This document shows positions 41,401 through 54,689 of a stretch of 64,000 nt of DNA, one piece after another. Within the stretch, counting starts at the first letter, position 1, and every line of letters begins with the position of its first letter. The notes under the pieces were generated by a model. That model was not told the DNA's origin and did not search any database. It saw nothing but the letters and a program-made list of their open reading frames with translations. Source of the DNA: Octopus sinensis (lineage: Eukaryota); assembly GCF_006345805.1 (NCBI RefSeq), contig NC_043014.1:53072001-53136000 (forward strand). Reading direction: 5' to 3'. The translations under genes were made by a program, and so were the position numbers.

Positions 41401-41944
41401 AAATTGATAAAAAAAATAAAAGATTTTTTAAATCCTGGACTGATTTGTCTGATGCTCCACCGATTCTAACAAGACATCGTTATTTGTAATAATTATTTAC
41501 ACAATCAAACCTCGTTAATACTCAATGAGATAACTAACATAACTTATTAAAATAATTACATTTTCCTAGTTTTACATAATTAACAGCAAATGATGAACCG
41601 GGAGAGTCGGTAGAGCATCGAAGAGAATCACTGCCTTGTGACAGGTGTTAAGGGTTTCTAAGCAGAGTTCAAACCACACCAAGACCAACTATTATGTTTC
41701 TGGGAAATTTCTCTGCCTTCCTCGGGGATCCTAAAACAGCCTCGAGAAGTGTCTCTTCCATCATTTGGTAAAAGTTTACCCACACACACACATGATAGGT
41801 GACGTACACCTTACCTGAAATGATAGGTGACCTCGATAAAAATAGGCGTCTTTCGGGAGAAGTACTTTACAATGTTCGAAAAATAGTTAACTGAATGGCT
41901 AAAGCGATAAAAACAGTAAATCGGTATTGCAGATATTTAACGAG

Positions 41945-42090
41945 GCGGCGGAGGGGCTGCGTGGTAAGAAGCTTGCCTCCCAACCACATAGTTCAGGGTT
42001 CAGTCCCACTGTGGGACACCTACTATAGCCTCGGGCTGACCAAAGCTTTGTGAGTGGATTTGGTAGACGGAAACTGAAAGAAGCCCATCG

Positions 42091-42121
<31 letters not shown>

Positions 42122-42355
42122 GTGGTCCCGCCATTGCGTGATAACCAATGGTGTTTACGTCCCTGTAACTTAGCGGTTCGACAAAAGAAACTGATAGAAT
42201 AAGTATTACAAAGAATGGTTAATATATAGTTTTGTTTTCGTGACCAGGTCTTAAACTATATACTAACCCAAAGAGTAAGTTGTGGGTCGATTTGTTCGAC
42301 TAAAGGTGGTGCTCCAGCATGGCAGCAGTCAAATGACTGAAACAAGTAAAAGAGT
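41945..42355 (+). mobile_element. tRNA-derived SINE, family B (near full length)
   Basis: Head GGCTGCGTGGTAAG...GGTTCAGTCCC, body GATTTGGTAGACGGAAACTGAAAGAAGCCC, central (TA)n(TG)n, tail CCAGCATGGC..TGACTGAAACAAG. More copies at 1-240, 985-1135, 31240-31550, 36650-36900, 45155-45435, 46905-47200, 51015-51140 and 58100-58295. Confidence 0.9.
42217..42268. mobile_element. 52-bp TIR element inserted in a SINE
   Basis: TIRs GGTTAATATATAGTTT / AAACTATATACTAACC (15/16), TSD CAAAGAAT (42209-16) / CAAAGAGT (42269-76). Confidence 0.85.
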
Positions 42356-42903
42356 ATCTTTCCAAGATAAATTTATTGCTATGTAAAAAGGATCTCGCAA
42401 TTATTTCAGCCAAGATCAGGTGCAGAGACGAAACCACGAAGAACATTAAGCAACTTTTCGCCAATTACCGAAGGATTCATTCGCAAAATATATTTAACAG
42501 GGAAGAAGTAATGTTGAATGGAAGATATATCGCAAATACACTGCTGAGCCTTTGTTGTCCATTTTACGTACTTATTTCGAAAGATCAGCCTGCAATGCCT
42601 TTCGTTCACACGAAATGCAGATTTGTACCTCCCCTTGAGAAATACATTTTTCTGAAGTCTGTTATTAAATTGATGCTAAATGACAGACGGTCAGAAGAAT
42701 TCCAAGATCCATTCGATCAGGAATAACCAGGGCAAGGAGAAGGGATAAATGGAGAGGGGGCGACTGACAATGCTTTGACTGATCGAACAAGGGAGAACCA
42801 TCGAAATATAGGATTCAGAGTCCCTTTATAATCTAAATACGAATTCGTAAGTTAATTACATACATATATTTTTTTTTTAATTTGCTAAGGACGGAGCACA
42901 ATT

Positions 42904-42938
<35 letters not shown>

Positions 42939-44639
42939 AGACACGCACATGTATACAACTTCCAAGCCAGCGTCAGAAATATATATATATATGATTTGAA
43001 AACCCCACTAGAATGGGAGAAAGCGCTAATGATCTGAATGATATGATATATATATGTAAAAAATGTAATATATAAATAAATATCTGCAAATATGAACCAT
43101 CCGATCTTCTGATTACCTCAATTCTTCTAATATATATATATATACACACACATATGAGCGTGTATGTATTTTGTTTTGTTACATACAGACATAAAACAAG
43201 GGCGGTAAAGTTTTATAATTTAAAACTTTTACTTTTTATACACAGACAGGCTTTCCTTGCTTGAGTTTTGTTGGTTGTATTAATATTTAATGCATCCATA
43301 TGTTAAAAAAAAGTACTACCCCCCCCCCCTCTACAAGCACTTCGGATAAACAAAGGACCTCCACACATCAGATCTAAAGAGTTTTCTATATAAACACTTA
43401 CTCACAGATACTCGCATACATACATACATACTCAGTCATTCCGGTTAAGTTTAGTTATTTCAGGCTGTCCTGGTTGTTCGGTGCTGAAATCATTTCAACT
43501 TTATTCCGATTCTCTGACCTTTCTCTTTCTCTCTCAGCAAATTGAACAAAAGAAATTGTAAACAAAGAACGGAGTTGACAAAAACAATAAACAAGGCAGA
43601 AAACATGCACAACCGTCGTTTAAATAATGTTGAGAGAAACAATAAGGGAGCGAAATAATGTTTATGTTATTATTTTTAAGAAGGAAATAAAATTGGAGAT
43701 CATTTCTTTGTTGTTGTCACAAAGGAGAGGAATTGAGGTGCAAGAGGGGGGGAGCATTACTAATGAAAAGAAGAATTATTGGGGCGGGTGTATGGAATGG
43801 AACAGTATATTGAATGCTGAGGGGCCAGGAAAAGATGAAGAGAAAATGAGGGAAGACCAAGAACAAAAAATTTTAATAATTCAAATTTTATGAAAAGAAT
43901 ACAATTCGATGAGATATGTATAGGCCCCCACCCCACCCCCAACAGAGAATAATTACTAATTTGATTTCGTTCTACTACAGCAATAATAATAATAATTATT
44001 ATCCCTAAAACTGCTTCATTGCCAAATAACGATTTCCAAAATAATTATCTGTGCGTGGTACGTTATAATCAAAGATCGCCCCACGAGGGAGAAGGATAAA
44101 GTCAAATGAATGGGAAATGTAAGAAGTGGTTGGGTTTAGTGATTATGGAATGACAGGGAATATTATAAGATTTGATAAACGATGTTGGAAGAACTTACCG
44201 GGTTAAATGTAACAGGAGAGCGAAGAAAATAAGTTTGAAGTAAGCGACAAGTTTATAAAAACAGCGAATGACGAGGAGAGACGAGAAAGAAATCAGAGAA
44301 GGAAAAGATAATGAACGGGTTTAAGTAAGGAAAGAAAGAAAAGTTTGGCTGAAGAGAGAGAGAGAGAGAGACAGAGTGAAGGATGATGAGGGAGGGAGGC
44401 GGGAGAAGGAGAAAGAAAAGGAGTAAGAGGAAATAGAGAAGGAGAAGGAAGAGAGAGGAAAAAGGAGAAGAAAGGATGATGGAGCAGGTAGGGAGAGGGA
44501 GAAGGAGTAAGGGTAAGTAGACAAAAAGAGGAAATGGAGGAGAATGAGGAGGAGGGAGAGAGGTCGAGGAAAAGGGAGAAACATTGAGCGAAGGAGTGGG
44601 GAGGAGAAGAAAGTTAAAGAACCGCTAAAAAGTTGTGTT

Positions 44640-44770
44640 GGCCACGTGGTCCGAGGTTGACAAATAGACGTCGACTTACCTTATTTGGTTTGAAGCTGAG
44701 GGAGGTCACATGGCTGCGTGACGTCACTTTAAATGGAGATTTTACCAAACAAAGTAAAATGAATCAAAGC
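44640..44770. promoter_or_regulatory. Candidate cis-regulatory module (E-box, CArG, CRE)
   Basis: CACGTG 44643-48, CCTTATTTGG 44679-88, GGTCACATGG 44704-13, GTGACGTCAC 44718-27, ATCAAAG near 44763, all in non-repetitive DNA. Confidence 0.5.
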
Positions 44771-45649
44771 CTGAAAGTTGAAGCGATTTCTTTTATTTTC
44801 GCCATTCAAGTTTATTTCTTTTTATGAAAAAGCAGAAGAAGAAGAAGAAGAAGAAGGAAGAGCAACAAAATTTCAGTTTCTAGATTAATCGACAAAAAGA
44901 GAGAGAGAGAGAGAGAGGGGTGTACCTATATAAGCCTGACTGAACAATGAGTTACAATGGCAGCTTATGACAGTCATTTCACTGACTTCAAAGCGATGAG
45001 TTGCCAGTATTTTAGCGGACAAAATGCACAACAACTTTATTTTCGACTCGTAACTAAACATTCTGAGTTCAAATAGCGCTGAGGTCAACTAATCGATTAA
45101 TCCTTCCTCACTACAATTACGGGCCTTGTGCCAAAATTTGAAACATTTCTAAGCATTGGAGGCATGGCTGTGTGACTTTGGGTTCAGTTCCTCTGCGCGG
45201 CACACTGGCACGATGACCTTGGGCTGCCCAATCTGTGTTTTGTCCCCCTTCCTCCATCGCTTCACAATCAGTTTTGGTTTGTTTCTTTCCACATAACTTA
45301 GCGGTTCGATAACAGTTCCCGATGGGATAAGTAACAGACTTATGAAATAAGTGTTGGGGTCGAGTTGCTTGATTAAAACCATTCATGGCGGTGCCCCAGC
45401 ATGGCCGTAGTCCAATGACTGAAATAAGCAAAAGATTATGATAAAAGATTATTTCTGAGATTGGGTCACGGCCATACCGGAGCATCACCTCCGATTACAT
45501 ACCAACTTTCGAGAATTCTTAACTGTTGCAATTATCTCCCCTTCTTATGTAGACCGAGCCTTAATTGTCATTTGGTCGTTATGACACATCCTGTAGAGAC
45601 GAGGATAATTTTTATAAATTAAAAATTTATGTTGTATGGTATTTGATAG

Positions 45650-45900
45650 ATCTCTATTTGTCGTACGTTGTTCGGATACATGCCATTCGCTACTTTACCC
45701 TATCTTTCTTAACTGATTTTTGTTTAAATTATGCAAAATAATTAGGCAAAAATGTGTTCTACTCTTGTTTGTAAATATAAGTCCTTTGTCTACTGGAGTT
45801 TAAGGTCGGGCAATTGCTGTGCTGACGATGGCTATTGAGCCAGAAACGCGCTTCTGGCTGTCTTCTTATCTCTTAGACAATAAACAAGTGCTTTTCCTTA
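45650..45900 (+). mobile_element. Penelope-like terminal repeat remnant with hammerhead motif (copy 2)
   Basis: CTGACGA-TGGCT-ATTG-AGCCA-GAAACGCG at 45822-45850, homologous to 13500-13760. Confidence 0.7.
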
Positions 45901-46087
45901 GTGATTTATTAATTTGGAGAATTCTTGATTCTTGAGATTATCTCCCTTTTTGAAGTGCAGCTGGTCACGATTGCCATTTCGTAAACATGATACACCATCC
46001 AGAGGTGGAGACGATTTTAATTGAATCAACAATTCATGTTGCATGTTATTTTTATTAAATGGTACATACATATGTATGTATTGAATG

Positions 46088-46195
<108 letters not shown>

Positions 46196-46219
46196 GTATA
46201 TATGTATACATACATATAT

Positions 46220-46380
46220 TAGTTGAAGAGTACAGTATCGTATATCTGTTACGGCCCATCTTGCCAATCGGTTTCGCACTAGGGGCTCAACGGAGTGTTA
46301 GGTAACAGTCCGATTATGAAACCCTTCACTCATCAGAAGTAACCGTTATAGAATGAAATATGGCGATTGCTCTCTATTGT
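46220..46380 (-). mobile_element. Penelope-like remnant with long-stem-II hammerhead motif
   Basis: Minus strand CUGAUGA-G...AGGGUUUCA...UGAGCCCCU...C-GAAAC (46336-46271), embedded between (TA)n tracts. Confidence 0.55.
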
Positions 46381-46384
46381 TGTG

Positions 46385-46434
<50 letters not shown>

Positions 46435-46506
46435 TAAACATAGATATATATACATACATACGCATGTACGTATGTATGTACGTATACATATCTATGTGTG
46501 CGTATG

Positions 46507-46538
<32 letters not shown>

Positions 46539-46539
46539 A

Positions 46540-46811
46540 AAGCACATGGCTCAGTGGTTAGAGCGTCAAGCTTACGATGGCGAGGTTGTGAGTTCGATTC
46601 CCGGACCGAGCTTCGTGTTGTGTTCTTCAGGTGCCAGGCTGTATCGGCCCCTTTTGCCTTTCCCTTGGATAACATCGGTGGCGTGGAGAGGGGAGGCCGG
46701 GATGCGTGGGCGACTGTTGGTCTTCCATAAACAACCTTGCCCGGACTTGTGCCTCGGAAGGTAACTTTCTAGGTGCAATCCCATGGTCATTCATGACCGA
46801 TGGGGTCTCCC
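46540..46811 (+). mobile_element. tRNA-derived SINE, family C
   Basis: A box TGGCTCAGTGG and B box GAGTTCGATTCC, followed by a ~200-bp non-tRNA body, inserted in microsatellite. Confidence 0.85.
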
Positions 46812-48199
46812 ATATATATATATATATATATAAATATACGTACGTATGTATGTATATATGTATGTGTGTAGGTATGTATGTGTGTATGTGTTTATGTACG
46901 CATAGACGCAGGTTGGGTGAGTTGTAAGAAGTTTGTATTCCAACCACATGGTTCCGGGTTCAGTCCCATTGCATCTGATCTTCGGCAAGTGCCTTTACCA
47001 TGGCTTCGACCCGACCAAAGTCTTCAGAGTGAATTTGGGAGACAGAAACTGAAAGAATCCTGTCATACGTGTGAGTGTGTTTGCGTGTATGTGTGTATAT
47101 GTGTGTTTGTGTGTGTGGGGGGGCGTGCGTTCGTGTATGCGTGCGTGCGTGTGTGTGTGCGCGCATGCGTGTGTTTTGAATAACGGGTCGCTTATAATTA
47201 TTTCTACCACCACTCACCACTGGAGCTGAATGTGTGTGGGGGTGGGCTGCCGAAAACATCCCTAACCCAGTTCTTTAGTGAAAGGATGAGATGAGGCGAT
47301 TGTGTTTGAAACCTCGAAACCAGCCTGGTAACTATGACAGTGTTGCCAATTGCACTGGAAGTTGACAAACAGCCTCTTGACATATCCATTCATTTGCCAT
47401 CTGATAAGTCAAACAGCGCACGTACAAGTCATTTACATAATTGTTTCTAAATCAAGCACATCGTCAGAAATTTTGAGAGGAGGGGCTAATTAATGCTGTC
47501 GACACAAGCACTTCGTTTTGTCGATCGCAGAAGAATGAAAGGCCAAGTTGGTTTGGCGGGATTTCAAGTAATCATCGGTTTCTGAATTGGGTTTTGAGTC
47601 AGAAGTCTACAACAGTCCCTTTTATCTCCAGACAATATGTACAGGGCTTGCATTTTGAGGGAAGGAGTTTAGTCGAGTAATGAAAGACAAAGTTGTTCTT
47701 GGTAGGATTTGAACACAGAGCGCACAATGAGTCGGATCGAAAACGGTGAGGTAACCTAAACGTAAGCCCCAGGAAATCTACTGACAGTATTTTGTCTATG
47801 CTTTTACTACAGGAAACCTTAGGGCTTTTCTCCTCTATTCTGCTGCCGCTACCCAGCCTTGTGCAATCATCACTGTTGGCCAGTGGATCAATCCTTCGCC
47901 AATCCACTGTTTCCTGAGGTTTTCACTGATGACCTTAGACCGGGTGGATAGTTGTCTGATGCTTTTTTTTTATCCAACGGACAGCTTGTATTTTGTCCCA
48001 GGGCGGTGCATTTTCATATTCACCTGTATCTCTAATTCCTAAGACCCGTTTCCCTCTTCGCCATTTGCAAACCCACCGAATACCAGTTCTCTGGTCGTCG
48101 CTCATTGAAATTACACATCACCTCGTCTTTTTCGCTTGCCGAGGATGAGCATTAAACACAGAGGATTCACTATTTTCTCATAAGGATTCACGCACCTCC

Positions 48200-48288
<89 letters not shown>

Positions 48289-48954
48289 TAGATATCGAAA
48301 GTAGCAGACGTCCACTTGTTAAATATTTTAAACGAAATCGTAAGAGCCTCAGCTCATTTGCATATTTGCAACTCAGTTCTGATCCTGTAAGCACGTGGTC
48401 AAGAACACCAAGGACATGTGCTGGTTGTTGCCACATGTGTGCTACTTTTCCTAATTGTCCATAATTGCTGCTGCCTCTAGGCATGGCACCTAAAGACAGT
48501 GAGAGAAAATAGTAAGCAATGCTAACTCTGTGTGAAGAAATACATCCCTCAATCAACAGGTGCTGTCCGTTCCATGTTCATTCCTGGTACTACCTTGAGT
48601 GTCTTCAATGGAGTCTATTTTGTTCTAAGCATTCGGGGCCAGGTTCCTCTCCACCACCGACCCTTTTCCCTCTCTCCCACCCACCCATCATCCCCACTTC
48701 CTTGGAAGCCTTAATGATGACTTATGGAAACTGCCGTCTTCTCTCCTGACGAAAACAAAATATTCAGACTGCATTTAATATGGACGCAAGTTGTTTCTCT
48801 ACTTTCTAAATAACATTTGAGCATTCATCCGATTCATGAATTTAGACGTTTTTCAATTCTTACCCCCCCCCCCGGTCACCAGCGAACTTTTAACGAGATC
48901 ATGATAAGAAGAAAAAAAACACATTTGTATTTAGATCAAAACATTTTCTAAATA

Positions 48955-49080
48955 TATCAGCGACGTGGGCGACGCCATGTTTTCAGATGTTGTCATTCGC
49001 AATAATTAGCGCAGCGTTGCAGGTTGTGGTTCTCCTTTCTGATTGGTCGTTGCCGTGGTGACTAGGTCAGTGGGAACCTG
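48955..49080. promoter_or_regulatory. Promoter-like CpG-containing patch with CCAAT box and RFX X-box-like site
   Basis: CTGATTGGTC at 49039-48 directly abuts GTTGCCGTGGTGAC at 49049-62. Confidence 0.35.
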
Positions 49081-49859
49081 TGGGGTTTTGTTTTTCCCTC
49101 CCAGAATCGTTGTGAATTCACAACAGGACGGTAAATGTCAAGAGTGTGCAATGGTGGTGGTGGTGATGAGGAGCTGGGGGTGTTTACATGAATCGTGACT
49201 TATTTTTTTGAAATAAATATTTAAAACAATATCTTTATCGATATTGGAATATTGGGAGACCATTATGTTATCAGCGAGCAGAAACCTGACTGGTGTTGCG
49301 CCAATGACCAATACAATTTCATGAAATACATCCTTGACTTCTTTAGTAATTTCCATTAGAAATAAAATAACACGGGTTCAGACCCAGGCAGATGTATGAA
49401 AAGGGGCGGATGCTGGATAGAATAATAGAAGAACATAGAAATAATTATAAACAACTGCACAAAATTCATTTCTTTCTGATTAAAAAATCTGCAGTTTTTT
49501 TTGTTTTTTTTGTGGGGGCGTTGTCTTTGCAAACCACGCAAACTATTGTATTTATTTGTATATTTTGTGTGTATTTATATATTTCTTATTTCATTTCCCC
49601 CCTCCTTTCCCTTTCCTCATTTCATATCTTTATTTAAAACACCACACAAACTGTAAACTGTCCTTGTAACGTCTTCCTCACCTGATGTACCTGCGGCGAA
49701 TAAAAGAAATCACTACCACCACCATCACCACCTCCTCCACCACAACCATCATCGTTTAAAAATTATAAAGAAAATTCATACACAATCATGTACTAAAGGG
49801 ATATATGCACTCATTACGTAAGTGCAAGTATGTGCACACATTCACTTCGATGTATTTTG

Positions 49860-50430
49860 TTAGTGACCGGCTTAAATTCTGCATTAAAAAAGCACGTACA
49901 GGCATAACTACAGATGTGTACCCCCACCCGACTTTGTTGCCTCATAACTTTCTGAGAAATGGATACCTTTTAACGAAATTTTCTACAAATACCACGCAGG
50001 TGTTGTATATAGAGATTTATGGGAAAGAATTTTCCGAGGAGGCGGGGGAGAGGAGTTTCAGAAAATTCGCTTGACCCGACATTCAAATCAAGAAAGTGCA
50101 ATAAGGTTTAGCAGAATTAAGTCCGCTGATCGTGAGAATTGAATATTGATCGCTTCGCTAAAACTGACAATTGTAAGTGGGGAGGCTATGGGTTATTTCC
50201 CTTGGGTATTTAAATAAAATATATTAGTTATATGTAGTAGATATAAGGATCCCTTCCAGGGCCCCTATTATTGATTTTCAACAGTCTAAGTATGTCACGA
50301 AGTTTCCAGACATGAGTTCTACTCACGTGTCATGTTTCATCAAAATCGATAAAACGATGTAGGAGGAGTTAGCTAACAACTCCGCAAACAAACACACCCA
50401 CAGACACAATTTCCCAAATATATAGGAGAT
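49860..50430 (+). mobile_element. Helentron/DINE-like non-autonomous element (diverged)
   Basis: 3' end TTTCATCAAAATCG...AGGAGGAGTT...ACAAACACACCCACAGACACAATTT..ATATATAGGAGAT resembles the end of 25702-26087. The left boundary is uncertain. Confidence 0.5.
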
Positions 50431-51160
50431 AAAAATGTTTTAAAAGTTATGCTTTTTTTCAACCCCATTCCCCCCCACCCTGCGATTGCTTCTGTTTATA
50501 ATTTAAGATATTGGAGAGACTGAGAAGGTCATTGATGGCATTTATCCACAGAGATTTTTTTTAAGAGTTTTGTAAAAGATAATTCCTTTTAATAGCATAC
50601 TTTTCTGTTAGAAAATGCTTTTTGTTACACACACACACACGGCTCGCTTGATTGAGGTGGGGGTGGGGGGTGAAAATTTAAATTACCATTTTTTGTTGTT
50701 GCTTAATTCCCACCAATGGACCACGCGTGAGTTACTTCATCCCATAAAATCTGTTTAATGGGAGAAAAATATTGATAAAACAATAAATACGTGTGAGAGT
50801 GACAACAGCGGGTGGTCTTGGGATGTACTAGAAACAGCAGCTAAATCTCCCTTGAATCGCACAGCTTTTCCTCTGAAAATATCTACAATTTTATTTTTAC
50901 CGAAAAGGCTCCTCCCATGAAGGAGAAATTCCAATTCACGTGACCTTCTTGATGTGAAACTCCTCCCCCCACCCTCTCAGAAAAGTTTTCTCAACAAATT
51001 TCTTTATAATCGTAATCTATGGTTCAGGGTTCAGCCCTTCTGCGTGGCACCATAGGCAAGTCTTCTACTGTAGCCTCGGGCCTGCCAAAGCCTTGTGAGT
51101 GGATTTGGTAGACGGAAACTGCAAGAAGCCCGTCATATATAAATATAGATATGTATGTAT

Positions 51161-51670
51161 TCCCATGCATATAGTTGCATATCTAGACATACTCATATAC
51201 ATTTAAATGATAAACTTCTGGAAAGTTTTAAAGATTTTTACAGTTCCAGTGATGGATTGGATCAGTAGTCTTTGAATTAGCTTTTCTCCTTTCTGGTTTT
51301 GAGAAGCCTAATTTCTCAAGATTGGTATTTAGGCCGTGTATTACATATCCCAGGGCCCCCAATAATTACAGGTATAAACCTGAACTTGTAGTCTGAAAAG
51401 AGTAACTGCGGATTCCTCAATAGTTCAGCATTGGTGTTCTCTTTTTCTCTGATCTTCAGCTTTATATTAACATCTGCTGGGAAGCTGATTTCTACAACTG
51501 TGCACATTCTCTCTTCTCTATCCCAAACCATTATATCAGGTCTGTTGTGCATACATTTTATTGAGGTTTTCACTGGTACATTCGACCAGTTCTCCTTTTT
51601 GTTATGTGTTGCTACGGCTTCTACCATATTGTGGGTTCTTATTTCTTTGTCCTCGGGATTATCCTTCCGG
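51161..51670 (-). mobile_element. 3' fragment of a second RLE-type non-LTR retrotransposon
   Basis: HNRPDIMVWDREERMCTVVEISFPADVNIKLKIREKE..FIPVIIG (PD..E..K endonuclease), flanked on both sides by TATGTATGTA. Confidence 0.85.
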
Positions 51671-52563
51671 TATGTATGTATTTATATGTGTATGTTTCTA
51701 TATATGGCTATATGTATGCCTATGTATGTGTGTATGTGTGTAAGTTATCTATGTTTAATGCGTAAGATGAAATACTTAATGCTGATAACGAATCACCATT
51801 AAACAAAAGTCTCACAATCTGTTTCAAGTGGAGACGTTTTGACTTCTGAAGCTTTGTGACTTTATCAATTGATAACTCGCACACACACACACACACGCTC
51901 CACCCCACCCCACCCACACAACCGTGTACTTATATTTATGAATATATACATGAATATAATAGAGATAGAGACCTCAACTGGACGGCAACCGGTGCTTTGG
52001 ATCAGTGGGTTACACCCGGTCGTCCAATGACCAGCGAGATATAAGTCTGTTGATTCGATCAGAGCCGACCTTGAACAACAGCATCAACAAGGATAAGTCT
52101 ATCTTATCACCGAAAATTAAAATAGTAATCAACCAACCGCCGGACCGACCGACAGAGCTGCTCTTGACCGGCGAAACTCAACTTTACAACTTTAGAATTT
52201 TATCATAGATAGATTTTTTGTCTTTCTTTTTGTCTTTTTGTCTTTTTTTTTGTCTTTTTGTCTTTTTGTTTCTCAAGCGATTCGTTTGTGTGATTAACAA
52301 GAGAAATAGTAACAATTCTAACATACGATTCGAAATCATTCTTAAGAACAACATTAGGCAGACCCCCACCACCACCACATCCACCACCACAACCACCACC
52401 TCCAAAAAAAAAAAGTTGACATAAAATCAAATCGCAGACACCTTCCAGCCTCTGGTGGCCCACGAGCGCTGCTGTCTACCGCTACTCTAATGACTCTGCT
52501 CTTTGGAGCTGGCTGCACTCATCTCATCACTACAAATGCTTTCCCGAATCATTACTATTTCAG

Positions 52564-52603
<40 letters not shown>

Positions 52604-52636
52604 CACCACCACCACCACCACCACCACCACCACCAC

Positions 52637-53340
52637 CGCCGCCACCATTAATTTCAGGAATGCGAGAGTACACCCTCCACAGATCGCTGAAAATTGTGGT
52701 CCCTGGAAGAATCGAGTGACGTATGGATTCTTCCAGTGTTTCACAATCCCGACATGGCACCGCATGCAGAAAAACCTGTCTGGTCCCGCAACACACTCCT
52801 CCGAAAACCCACTGCTCAGGTAGGACCCTTCCTCGGTTGTTCTTACGTTTGAGAAGACTTTCGTCGATCTCAACAATCCTCCCATGACCACCAACTTGAA
52901 TTGGATGATGGAGCAACTCCTCCGCACATACTTCGCCAACAGAGCTCTTGGCTGTTATAATAAACAGCAGTGCTACGGTTCATACCCAGTTCTTCAGCAC
53001 AAAACCGGACCCAAGTCGATTCCTTGACACATGAGTCAAGGGGAAACACTCCAGTCCCAAGAGAAAGGCTACCACCTTCAAACCACCCGACTTTCCTCAC
53101 TGACACCCCCCCCCGTACACATTCCCTTTACGCCTTTTACATAATTTCCATTCGGGTAGAACACCCTTTTCTTGTAGGTGCGGCACAGTAACCTCCTCTG
53201 TTCTTAGCGTCTCCATCACACAAGCGACGTTACCGGAGTTCTGATGCCATAATCCAAGAGTAAACATTCAAACAGAACACAGCGCCAAAGTGGTTTCAAT
53301 AGATTTGTCAGCACGTGCTTTTTCGCTGACAAAAGAGTTC
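52637..53340 (-). mobile_element. Merlin (IS1595/ISXO2-related) transposase remnant
   Basis: VGGHGRIVEIDES..KRKNNRGR...QWVFGG......V..RD.ETL...I...ILPGTTIFSDLWRVY, with upstream SVRKVGWFEG.SLSL. Frameshifted and cut by a (GGT)n/(AGT)n tract. Confidence 0.9.
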
Positions 53341-53342
53341 TC

Positions 53343-53974
53343 GTCCGGTGAATATGGTGGGTGGGGCATCGTTTCCCTTTCAGACTGCTCCAGTCTTTGG
53401 AATGTCATCCTCGCTGTGTGTGGCCGCGCATTATGCTGATAGAAGAACACCTTTCGTCTTGAAACCAAAGATGGTCATTTTTTTTCTAGCGCTGACTTGT
53501 ATGATTGGTTGACTGACCAAATCCAAGCTTCTCTGCTAGTTCCTCAACAGCTACGATGGGGTTTTTTTGCAGGACGTCCTCGTCGAGCTCAACAGATCTT
53601 CCTGGACGAGGTTTGTCTTCTAGACTGTCGTTTCCGGCTCGGTATTTCTGGAACCACCGTTGACACTGGCTTTTGCTTAATGTCCGACCCCCATATACTG
53701 CATTAATATTCCTCGCACTTTCTGTTGCGTTGTTGCCTTTATTGAACTCATGAAGCAAAATATGCTGAATATGCTCCTTTGTCCTTCCATTATAGCTTTG
53801 ACAAAATAACTGTTAAAATCGAACTGCACTCTTCAAAACATGAACTAAGAATAAGGACAAAGTAAAATTTCTACCTGCTTTTATAGCAAGTTGACGCAGG
53901 TAGTTTATCACATTCCTCTCCGACTTTTTGTTCGTGCAATTTTAAAAAACCACATTATTTATAGGATGACCCAA
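53343..53974 (-). mobile_element. Internally deleted mariner element
   Basis: N-terminal HTH (HEFNKGNNATESARNINAVYG..QRWFQKYRAG..LEDKPRPGR), HNARPH and HPPYSPD. 5' TIR TTGGGTCATCC.. ends at 53974 with TA, and the other end is missing. Confidence 0.9.
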
Positions 53975-54689
53975 TATAAGAAGCTAGCGTAGACAGACAA
54001 ATTGTGTAATTTAATACAAGATGCATTACTAGCAGAATAGTCTCAGCAGAATAGTCTCACACATCGGCATGTACATGGGTTGAGTGTTGTTCTATTAACG
54101 TAATTCTCTGGCAGAATCAAAAATGCGCAACACAAGGTGAAAAGGCTGATCCTTTGAATTATAAATTCTCTTTTATCTGGCGGGCTTCCATACAGTTTCC
54201 ATTCCACTAATTTCACTCAATAGACCTGAGGTTGTAGTAGTAAAAGACGCCTCTTCAAGATGTCCCTCTGTGTGATCGAGCTTGAGATCTCATGATTGCG
54301 AAGTGAACTGCTTAACCACCTGGTCAACCAACGGCCAAAGGCCATGCTGGAACACTACATTCTAATGTGTCTTCGATTATATTGATCTCCATACTTATTT
54401 TATTGATCTCAAAAGGTTGGAAGGTAAAAGAACTCAGAAAACACAAAGGAACATTCACAACCAAAAGTCAAAACACTAGAGTCTCAAATATATAAATACA
54501 GTAAGGTGATAAACTTCGAATAGTTGAGATTATCAAAGTGATTAGCAAACAAAAACTCCCCGTGTGATTTTAAAACTTAAAGTAAACAAGTAAGAAAAAC
54601 CACCCCGGTAAATCATTTGATCGGAATCTTTAGACGATAGAAACAATGTGGGTTGAAGTGAATCTGGTCCCTTAAAGTCAAAGGGGAAA

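Noticed and set aside
42376-42726. 116-aa ORF
   Set aside because: No recognisable motif or convincing splice context.
46540-46612. tRNA gene
   Set aside because: A and B boxes are present, but there is no clean acceptor stem or terminator and it runs into a SINE body.
47440-47470. CUGACGA...GAAAC on minus strand
   Set aside because: No stem II, and it lies in the tail of a family A SINE.
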